A stretch of 64,000 nt of DNA from Takakia lepidozioides (taxonomy: Eukaryota; Plantae; Bryophyta), in the NCBI GenBank assembly GCA_030704615.1, contig CM060733.1, positions 20,770,001 to 20,834,000 of the forward strand. Reading direction: 5' to 3'. Both the position numbers and the translations under genes were made by a program. Below, one piece after another: positions 13,201-23,153 of this stretch; the stretch's first letter is position 1, and every line of letters starts with the position of its first letter. The notes below the pieces were generated by a model. The model was given only the letters and a program-made list of their open reading frames with translations, was not told where the DNA came from and ran no database searches.

Positions 13201-14452
13201 ATATACCTCAGGAACAGCTAATGGCTTCTTATTTACAAGCCAGAACTTTGGCTTTTCAGTCTTCTTCACAGGAGGTGCAGGAAATGCCAATGATACAAGA
13301 GCCAGTACCACCAACACCACAACAAGTCACTGTACCAGTAGCTGACCCTGTTGTTACTACAACCACACCACAGCCACCACAGCCTGAGGTATGGGGCAAT
13401 GCTGCTTTTAACCCACCTAAAACTCCAGCTGCAAGGGAGTACAGTAGGGCTATGATTATGCCCTTCAACCAAATTCCCATCATGTTGGATTTGGCTTGGA
13501 AAGAATTTAGTCCTCCCCAGTCATTGGCACATTACTACCAAATCATGCGCATTTGGCTGCCAGTGGCAACTAGGACTAAAGTTCTTCCGAACAATCGACC
13601 AATTGAGGATCATCACTTTGTACAATACTGGCATGAGGCAGGTACAATGTTGAAGGAATTAATTGTCTTCCAAGTTGTACATGGATTCATTTATACCAAG
13701 ACCAAGGAGGTAGCAAGTATTGTCATGGGATGCGGGTTATACTACGCTGCTTGTTTTCTGGTACGTTATCACATTAAGCAGCACAAGATGCAATCGCGCT
13801 TTCTGAGTTATTCCAGTGGGGATCATTGGGTCTTACCTTCAGTGCCACCTCATATGTACCTATATGAGGCAAAAGTTATGATGCAAAAGGATTCCAAATT
13901 CGTTCATGGTTTCAAGCGGCCTGGAACAATTTGTCAACACAGAAATTCGGCATTGATGATATTTTCTATAAGGGACATGTGGCATGAAAATACTTGCACA
14001 GTGCACAAGTAATTGGTACCCCACTCACCTGGACAGACAAGGAGCTCAGGGTCTTCACCAATTTTGCCATTCAGCGTTTGCAGCAAGTTTTAAAATATAA
14101 ACTTCCAGACATGGTAGGACAACATTGTATGCCCCAGAGGATTCCACAAAAAGTTCAACAATTAAAACACCTGAGAGGCGATGAGGATTCTGATACAATT
14201 GTTTCTTCAGCGGATTCTTTTGACATGGGAGAAGACTATGCAATTCAGATGGCAGAGAAGAAGCGACGGGGGTCTCCTATGCCTGAAAGGTTACCTCGAT
14301 ATCAGCCTCCAGAGGGCCTCACTTATCCGGGTAGTGTTCAATCATCTCCGTCAACCAGTGACAGACCTCGGGCTCGTACACACAGTCCGCCACGAAACTC
14401 TCAACGTCACAAAGGTGTTCGCTCACAAAGGTTTGCTAATCGCAATCAATAA
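10212..14452 (+). pseudogene. Large post-integrase ORF/extension of unknown function (plant-transposon-protein-like N-domain, long coiled coil, Trp/Tyr/His-rich C-domain)
   Basis: ORF pieces 10212-10748, 10773-14012 and 13994-14452 join through one stop and a 1-nt deletion at ~13893. Highly similar to copy 2 (52213-48000). Confidence 0.85.
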
Positions 14453-14473
14453 ACCGTGATGACACGACTTTTT

Positions 14474-14490
14474 GAGAGAGGAAGGGGTAA
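14474..14490 (+). other. Polypurine tract (copy 1)
   Basis: GAGAGAGGAAGGGGTAA just before the LTR start TGTTAG. Confidence 0.85.
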
Positions 14491-14491
14491 A

Positions 14492-15506
14492 TGTTAGAGG
14501 ACTGTCTGGGACTTAGACACTTATACGGGATCTGTGGGGTACCCTTAATTTTTTGCACAGACTGAGACCAACAGGAGCCTTAGGGGTGACAGCAGCACAC
14601 TTTAGAGGGGGGTTACACAGCCAGTCACAGCCAACACAGCCCGTCACAGCTTCGCACAGCCGACACAGCCCGTCACAGTCCAACACAGCCAGTCACAGCC
14701 AACACAGCCCATCACAGCTTCGCACAGCCGACACAGCCTGACACAGCCACACAGCCAGTCACAGCCCGACACAGCCCAACACAGTCGCACAGCCAGTCAC
14801 AGCCCGTCACAGTTTCACACAGCCAGTCATAGCTTGACACAGCTGTCACGACCATAGGGAACGGATAGCAGGACAGGGGAACGACTGAGGGGAACAACAT
14901 CTGCGAATGGAACATGTTAGTTCAAGGGTGACGGTTAGTGAGGGAAACGGTTAGAACAACGGGTAGGAAAATAAAGCAAGGAGCGAGGACAGGAGGAGGA
15001 TCACTTCTTGACATGACTTGGGGAGGGGACTTTGGACATCACTGGGGGAAATGAGGCAGAGAGCGTATCTCTGAGCAGAAAGAGGGAGAGCACGGAGTAG
15101 AAGGAGGATGATCTGTGATGCTTAATGGAAGCAAACAGTAGAATTATAATGTAGAGCAGATTAGAGACTCCAGGGCTTTAGCCTGATACTTGATAGATAT
15201 TAATCTGATACACACTTCATACTCACACTGTGTAGAGAGATCTGAGTGAAGCTGTGGAATGAATGGATGAGTTGATGGAATCCGATAGATTGATGAAGCA
15301 AACTGATACTTAATTATCAATACTAAGGTAGCTAGCTAACATGAATGCGGGAAGGAAAACAAATAGGAAACACCCCCATGATACACTAGCTGTAGGTCAT
15401 GACTGATTGTTCTGAGCGGGCTGAGTACTTAGAGATATCCAACTCTTCTATCCTGGAGTTTCCGCCTCGGATAGCGAAGGGATGGGTGAGTAAAAGCCGC
15501 GCGACA
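14492..15506 (+). repeat. 3' LTR of gypsy copy 1 (~1015 bp, TGT...ACA) containing a CACAGC-rich minisatellite at ~14615-14845
   Basis: Starts TGTTAGAGG after the PPT and ends CGCGCGACA, where similarity to copy 2 stops. Confidence 0.9.
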
Positions 15507-16016
15507 GCTAGGAGCGACGCCGCAGCGTAGTTGTTCCCACTCTCGCCCTGCCCCGCGTTTTCTTTTAAAAAAACATTTTTATAAATATGCGACTCCCGTG
15601 AGTCGCTCAAATCCACGGCCCGGCGTCACAGAGACCGCCTCCCCTGCGACGGGGTTTTTTTACGTATCCGACGTCCGGGGGTCGCGTTGTTTTTAGCATG
15701 CGACACCCGGGCATAGGAAAAAACAACGACGCAACGCCGGGGCGTCGCCCCATCCAACGCCGTCGGCTGGATGGCAGCGACGGTCGGCCGGCGCTAGAAG
15801 GAGGCCCCTGCCTACGCCCTGGATCACCAAGTAGCTATGTCCGGGCGTCGCTGGAGGAGGACGGGGGCATGCGACCCCCATAAATGCGACGATATTCCAG
15901 CGACTGGCGTGCGACTCCAGGGCGTCGCAAAAATGGCCCCCGCCTCAGCTGCAAAATGGCCTTTTAGCGCAGTTGCCGCGGCGTCGAAATCCACCCCCCC
16001 CCCTTTTCCTGTAGTG
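15507..16016. mobile_element. CACTA (En/Spm) transposon end with GCGAC/GTCGC subterminal repeats
   Basis: Ends TTTTCCTGTAGTG (reverse complement CACTACAGGAAAA). Many GCGAC/GTCGC motifs in both orientations precede it. Confidence 0.8.
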
Positions 16017-18618
16017 TTACCTCTCACTTCCATGACAATTTGTTGACCATTCAGGTGCTATTACTGTCACTGAGAGACATCATTTTTCTTATGATCCCAG
16101 TGGAATTTCCGATGGTGCAGATGTATGAGAATCAAAATGGTTGGCATGGGTGCTGGTGGGCCCTTAGGAACTTACAAATTTTGTACTCGGATTTGATTTC
16201 TTCATTCAAAGTGTGAAACATTAAACTGTGTTTGATGGAACATCCTACTCAGCTTTATTTCATCAAGGGGGGGGGAGGGGGGGGGTGTCTCTGTGATTGG
16301 CAGGGCCCCAGATTTGCTTTCATTCGGGATGTGCCCATCTCCCAGCCTTTGAACTGTGTGGAAGTCCAAGAATTGCAGTCTGGTCTTGATACGGCCCAAG
16401 AGTTACCGCGGGTAGGGACTTCACTGCCCGAGCTGTGTTCTGTATTAATCTGGACCTCTATTCCGTCAGTTACTTAAAGGTGGATGCAAGTAACAGTTAG
16501 TCCCATGTGATTTAATTTTCCATGTTCAAGATACTCTTCAGTAGAATCAAATAGGCTCTTCATTGGTAATGTTGTGCAAATAAATCTTGAATGCAATATG
16601 TAAATTCACTGGACGTTAAAGAATCTTTATCTTTATCTTTATCTTTATGTTTTACATGACATGGGCATATTGGTTTGCCTTACGCCCTTCTTGTACCTAT
16701 GAAGGGAGATACTGATTCCATATTTTGTCTCTGGCTTCATTGTCACTAGTTTGTCCTTGCAATCAGATGGTTGCAGTGATTTTGTCTGTTCTAGTCTGAT
16801 TCATATTGTCTTGAATATAGCTCCAGCGATGCACTTAATTAATCTCAAGTCGTTGTGTTTTTGGTTGGTAAAAGGCAATGTGGAAAATATTCAAGCAATC
16901 TGGGAGCGAAGACGTTGACCGAGCGGCTTCAGGTACAATTGTTTGTTTCTGTCTATTTCTTTCAGTAACTTTCCCATACATGGTGAATTCCTCTGACTAT
17001 GAAACTTTGTAGGCAAGGTTGCGCATCTCAATCCCTGACATTTCTTGACATTGCTGTCATTTGAAATTTTGTAGTTGCACTTTGTGAACACCAGACCATT
17101 GCTATGGTGTCTGAAGTCTGATATAAAAGCCTGCATTTTCTTCACAGAACCGTGTTCAGTTTATTTAATGTGTTCGTGATGTAGGAACTTGTGAATATTG
17201 TAAGTGTCGTAGATGAATCAACGTATATCACACATCTACCCTTGGGGACAAATTGTATAGTGGGGTCAGTAGTAGAATGAACACTTGCAGTTGGAAAATG
17301 TACAAATAAAGCTGATCACATATCTGCCTTTCTCCTTCTGGATCACACTTCTCTCTGATTGCAGATATAGAAATAAAGTCTGTAGCAAGTTTGTATTAAG
17401 TTTGTTTGTCTGCACCCCTCATCTCGTCTTTTTGCAACCAAGATTGCTTTCTTGGGTTGTTTTGGTGACAGGTGTTCATAAACTTGGTTATCAGATCAGT
17501 TAATATGATCATCATATTGTCTATGCCTGAGCAATGACATGGCAGCATTGACAAATGTTAGAGAATCTGGACAGGAAGGGGTTGCTCTATTGGTCTCTAA
17601 GGGAGGATATGATTCAGCCAAAACGATTTTATTGATCCAAGTAATTAATAAAAGCGTATGATGCTGTACAGTTCACCCAAAGTGGAAAACATACTGGACA
17701 GGGAGGGAGGAAGGAGGACATGGCCTTTGGCACCAATATTCTAGCTAAGGTTGACACTAAAAAGGTCTCTCCTTCAAATCTATTTTATGCATTTTTGTTT
17801 TTATGCATTTACGTTCTGCACGGCCACAACCCCTGCTGGTTTAAGTGGCTGAGGACTCAATCCATTTGGTTCACATTTTGTTGCAGAGGACCCAAGAAGC
17901 GTCAGTGAAGACTGATCTACTGCTCAGTGAAGAGGTATCGAAAGAGAAGGATGTCAAAAGAAAACGCGAGCCTACTGCCCACGTGGAGACGCCCATCGCA
18001 AGAAGGCAATGTTGCCTCTTGACGTGTGGAGGGGATAGTGCTGGTGGCGCTAGGAATCCATGACCTGGATCAGATCATGTACAACAAGCTTGGTGATTAC
18101 ATCAGAGGTGAGAACACCTTGGCAAAGAAGAAGCTCTTCTCAAATATCGCAGGAATGACGGGGGAAGAGAAGGTTCGCAAAGTGGCTAGTTACTAATCAC
18201 TTTATGCTTGACAAACCAGTTATGTCTAAGGTCTGTTAGGAAGCTCAGTGATTGCTCCGTGTTGGCACTGGATGTCAAGGTAATAGCTTCGGGTTCAAAT
18301 GGCTCTCATGTTACGAGCATAGAGAGGGCCTGGTGTGTGACTTTAATTGGCCATTGCTCCCTCCAGAGTGCGGCAATTTGTGTGTCCATTTTTTGAGGTA
18401 TGCTTTCTTTCCCACCACCATCTGCCAATACCGGATGCTAAAGTCTCTACCATTTGGGGGGTGCGTGGTCCTTCCATTTCCTTCTGCTCAGGATATATAT
18501 CTAGCTAATGAGACCTACATACTTTGACTAAAGATGTGAATTGAAGACTTTCTACTCTACGCATTAAAAGACGGTGTTCCCCATAAATTGTATATTGAAC
18601 AACTGGTGCTCGATCAAT

Positions 18619-19218
18619 ATAATAGAATTTCCTACATGGCATTGATAATAGATTTTCTCTCATGGCATTCTAATAGATTTTCCCACATGGAGCCAGCCTT
18701 GGCTCCCTCGAAAAGTGCACAGAGGTCCATGCTGACATTATCAAAGCCAGTATATCGCCGGAGGAGACTCGTCGACATGTATGCCAAGTGCCGGAGCTTC
18801 AAGGATGCCCGACAAGTGCTTGACAACATGGCTCAATGAAATGTGGTCTCATGGAGTGCGATAATTGCAGGATATGGTGAGCATGGTGTGGTAGGGCAGC
18901 TTGCCAGATGTATGACCAAATGATATGGGAAGGTGTGACACCCAACATTATAACATTCATTTTTGCTCTCAATGCTTGTGCCAGCCTAAGAGCCCTGGGA
19001 AAAGGTACAGAGGTCATGCTGACATAGTAGAAGCTGAAATTGCACCAGATATCATTATGGAGACGAGACTGCCCTTGTCGATATGTATGCCAAGGGTGGG
19101 AGCTTGAACGATGCCAGTATCTATAATAGATTTTCCCACATGGCATTCACAAGAGACTCTCCCACATGGCACAACAGATTTTCCCACATGGCATTCATAA
19201 TAGATTTTCCAACATGGT
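18619..19218. repeat. ~26-bp minisatellite ATAATAGATTTTCCCACATGGCATTC on both sides of the PPR fragment
   Basis: About 3 units at 18619-18690 and about 4 units at 19122-19218. Confidence 0.8.
18691..19115 (+). pseudogene. PLS-class pentatricopeptide repeat (PPR) gene fragment
   Basis: EVHADII...LVDMYAKC-SFKDARQVLDNM-NVVSWSAIIAGY...EGVTPNIITF..ALNACASLRAL...LVDMYAK, with stops and frameshifts. Confidence 0.85.
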
Positions 19219-20942
19219 AAATTGGAGGTATTTTACATGCAGTTTACCAGCTCTCATTTAGGTAATGGTACAATTTTTACCTTTTCTCTATTATACCTGA
19301 TCAATACAATAAGGTGGTAAAGTAAGGGGTAAGTTTTTACTACTTTTCCATGAGGTAACCCCCCTCCCCCCTTACCTTCCGTGTGGAACCTCTCCTAGTG
19401 GAGCCCAACAGTTTGCTTGGCCTATTTCTGAGCCGAAATATCCCCTCATTCAATCTTCTGTGGGTTGAGGTAACAGTGAAAATCCATTTGTCGGGTTCAG
19501 ACTTGTACTCTCCAATTGCTTGGGGTTTGGTCTGCCAAAGGTTTTACTGTTAGTGCCAAAATCAGCATTTCTGCAAACAAACTAGGTAGCATCTTTTGCT
19601 TTGATGTTAAGTCAATCACAAGAAAGCAAATTCTCAAGCTACTGAAATGAGCATACGTTCATCTACCTTATAAGATGCAGATTTTCCCAACTTATTCTTG
19701 CTGACCTGTTTAGAAGTAGTTTTGTTATTTATGAAGAATCCCTTTGAACCACACCACTTACAACACACTTTTAACCTAGAACCACGGGAATTCTTTCATA
19801 TAATAAAGCTTCTCATTTTTTAATAATAGGGTCATGAATGCACCGGCCCGGCCCGCCGGCCTTTTGGGGGAGCTCATAAGCCCACCACCCATTCACCAGG
19901 TCGGCCAGATTCTGAAATTTTTTTTAAGTCCTTGTTCGTCTACCGTAGCGGACCTTCTAATGGACTGGGCAGATCCTCCAACAGACCTACTCCAACCTTC
20001 TAGCAGTTAGACCCTCCAGCTGGCACCCCTCTAGTAGACCGGGTCTAGCAAACCCCTCTAAGCAGACTGAGCAAACTGGTGGACCCTCGAGCAGACCTCC
20101 TCCAGCAAACCCTTTGATAAAATATATATTTAATAACACACATTATTGCCACGGTGCATCCTATCAGGATTTGTAAACCACATCTTGTGTTTAATATTCA
20201 TTGCTCTTAACCACCACACTGCCCACCACTTTCTAGAAACCTTTTCAATAACTAATGCTTTATATGTGCATATTGTGGGCCACAGCAGACTAGCTCATGT
20301 GTTTTGTTGGCCCAAGCATACCAGCTTGTGGGCAGCACACTGGCCAGGTCCGGGTAAGGGCTCCTACCCTCAGCCGACCCCCTCTGCCACACGCGGACCC
20401 GCCACAGCCACCGACATCACAATGCACAAAGTAAGGCACTTGAAAATTCTAAAGATATTCATCTCTTGCATGCTGGGTCAGAGGAGTCAAGCTTCAAAGC
20501 CACAATGCCGCTCTATGCAGCTTTATTGGACAAATAACTTAAAGGAGAGCATTCAACTGCTGCGCTAGTGGAGTTTCTGCGGTTTCTAAATTTTTTTTCC
20601 ATGGGAAACTGTTGCTTCTCATTGACCATGTAATTGATCTAGTATACACTGAAGAGGGTCCAGATTCTCTATAACTGATGCACAGTAGTATAGATCTTAC
20701 AAGTGACCTCCAGAATTTTTGTACATGTAGTACAAGATGATTCAATGTGCAAGTAGAGTTTCAAGTGTACTTGCACATTGAATCTACTGTCGTTAAGCAA
20801 ATAATCAATGCTGTCAACACGTATTGGAATAGGATTACCTAGTCTAGGACTGTACATATGATCAATTGATGTAAAGTATGTACACAATATAGTGGCCAGA
20901 GTTCAATCAAGATAGTAAAGTTAGATGGCTACAGCTCGATCG

Positions 20943-21872
20943 CTAATTCGTCTTATTCTTGGGCCAGAATTTTGAATCCTTCTTGATGCGCTGCACGCGC
21001 TTCAGTACAAAATCAGGCCTCACATGCCCTTTGACTGTCACTTTCTTGGTCCATTGATCGCATGTCACCTTCTCCGCACCTGCACACGCATACACATCTA
21101 TCGTGATTCACAATCCAACTCCGTTTCAGACAACCTAATGGGCGAGCGAAAAAAAACATTCATGCCATTGACACACATGTGTGACTACAGACTTTCTCCC
21201 AAAACGGAATTATTGATTTCCAAGGGCGCTCATCAGACTCGACCCTGAAAACAGCTCGTGGATGATACATGTCATATGTAATGGAAAAAACTTACCCTCC
21301 ATGTCCTCCAGCAGATCCCGCACTTTCCTTTCACTTTTGTCGCAACACAAGGGCACTTCCAACACAACCGTCTGTGAAACCACATGCCACAGTTCAGATG
21401 AAATCTACCAAATAGACAGCACTGTTTAAACAACTCTCAGTTTCACAGCAACCATGGTAATGTTGAAGACAATGCAAAGCACGACAACCAATATTTCCCT
21501 TAACATTGTCCAGGCTAGCTTAAGTTCATCACAAGTCCATATGATCCAACCCCGATGCTTCTAGAGTGCGAGAGAGGCAGGTGCATACAACTTTCTTTGT
21601 TTCCTCCTCATCCCTCCTTTCAAATGAGTGGTGCCCTCGGCCTCCAATCCATCCTGGATATGAATTTCCTGTAAACATCTGCACAAATTTTAACAGAAAA
21701 CGATCAGAGCCGATCGACAACAGCACGGAAAATTCGGCAGTACCATGTGCAATCGATCTCCATCACACGCTTAAATTCAAAGTACCACAATGCACATGAA
21801 ATCCCATACCTCATCCAGAGGCATCGACCACCCATCATGTCTACCATACGGATTGAAGTAGTTTTCCGCCAT
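20943..21872 (-). CDS. Heavy-metal-associated (HMA) domain protein, 121 aa; exons 21872-21810, 21678-21589, 21371-21296, 21079-20943
   Basis: GT-AG introns with compatible phases. Protein MAENYFNPYGRHDGWSMPLDE|MFTGNSYPGW...ETKKV|TVVLEVPLCCDKSERKVRDLLEDMEG|AEKVTCDQWTKKVTVKGHVRPDFVLKRVQRIKKDSKFWPKNKTN*. Missed by the ORF track. Confidence 0.88.
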
Positions 21873-23153
21873 TGTGTGATGACGGCGACACTACCGGGTA
21901 GGTTTGCTAGCTCTCAAACGATCAAACTCTTTAGAAACCCAACGAAAGCTAGAGGCGAAGAACTTGGCTTTATCTCCACTCTCTCTCTCTCTCTCTCTCT
22001 GCTCAGACCGCGTCACGGCTTCCTTGCCGCTCACACCTTCTCTCTCAGATAAGTAGGGGATTGCAACACCAAGGATTGGAATCTCAGCGCGTGGACCCAC
22101 AGCAGTTCCCTTCCTCGACACACCCGCAGTTCGTCTGTTTCTCTCTCTCTCTCTTCGAATCTTCGACCACCAGACTGGCGACAAACTGGGAATAATACTC
22201 GAAAGGGGTCCACCCACAAAACCCCTGCGACTCGGGCGGTAACTTACCACATCCTCCAAAACCCAGGGTATCCCTGTAACTAACGTGCAGCCTTATCGTG
22301 TCTGTACATAACGGAATGAAATACGTAAGACGTGACGTGCCGGAAGGTAAGGCACGCGAGTGTCGGCATCGACGGCACACGCACTCGTGTTCTACAAGTC
22401 ACTCTCCACACGCTTGTAAATATGCACCGCTCGGATTCCTTCCACGCGGCCTGCATCGCAAGCTTTGGATCGCAAGAATACTGCTTTAAAATCATATTAA
22501 TGGTTGACGACAGAGCGGCGCAGAGCCTAGAAAGCGCGTGCGTCTGAATGCTTCCCAATCACGCTACACTGGGCCAGAGCCCGGATTTGAGCCCCGGACC
22601 ACCTCGGTGCAGCATCAAAGTCTGGCGTGCGAGAGGATAACACGGATGAATGTTTGCATTCCCGCGACAGAAACTATGTCGGATGATGGGACTCACTTAT
22701 CTATCCGCAGACCGTATAAGTCGCTATGTATAGGTGTACGACGGCGGCGACTGTGGGCCTTGGACGTGCGATAGCCGGTCACTCGGAGGCGATCCTCCCG
22801 TACGCGGCAAGTACGAGGGGTTTATAGGCAGGCTTGCTTCAAGCGTTTCTCATTCTCCCCTCGAAGCTGTTTGCTTGTGTAGAGCTCGCTCAGGAATTGA
22901 CGATCGGCTTTCTCCGTTGTGACCTTCATTACGAGTTTGTTTGAGATATTTCTTCTCAGCTGTGTGTGAGCGCTCGGTTCGACGTAGTTCTGAACAGCTT
23001 CTGTTTTGCTCGTGATTCTCTAGAACACACAGTGTACAAAGGGTGAGAGTGTCAAACCATCTGCGAGCTCTCGTTTCTGGTGTGTGAAGCTTTTGTGGTT
23101 GTTCACTCAGCCTTGGGAGAATTTGGCGCGTGGGTTGCACCTGTGTGCGCCAA
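21873..23153. promoter_or_regulatory. Shared divergent promoter/5'UTR region of the two HMA genes
   Basis: 1.28 kb between opposing ATGs; CT-microsatellites; ACGTG (G-box/ABRE-like) cores at ~22283-22340. Confidence 0.6.

Larger units (their letters stand above)
3598..15506 (+). mobile_element. Ty3/gypsy LTR retrotransposon, non-chromovirus (Athila/Phygy-like), copy 1; 5' LTR and PBS missing
   Basis: Domain order gag-PR-RT-RH-IN, then a long extension, PPT and 3' LTR. Collinear with copy 2 at 46976-54166. No LTR sequence is seen upstream of gag, so the left boundary is approximate. Confidence 0.93.

Noticed and set aside
10773-14452. Classical retroviral Env
   Set aside because: No signal peptide, furin/fusion-peptide arrangement or convincing transmembrane helix; the best hydrophobic stretch (IVMGCGLYYAACFLV) is marginal.
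16050-18200. Spliced host gene
   Set aside because: Exon-like pieces (e.g. GPRFAFIRDVPISQ..., LGIHDLDQIMYNKLGDY...) exist but contain stops, and I cannot assemble or identify them.
22575-22630. tRNA gene on the minus strand
   Set aside because: Only a degenerate B-box-like arm; no cloverleaf.
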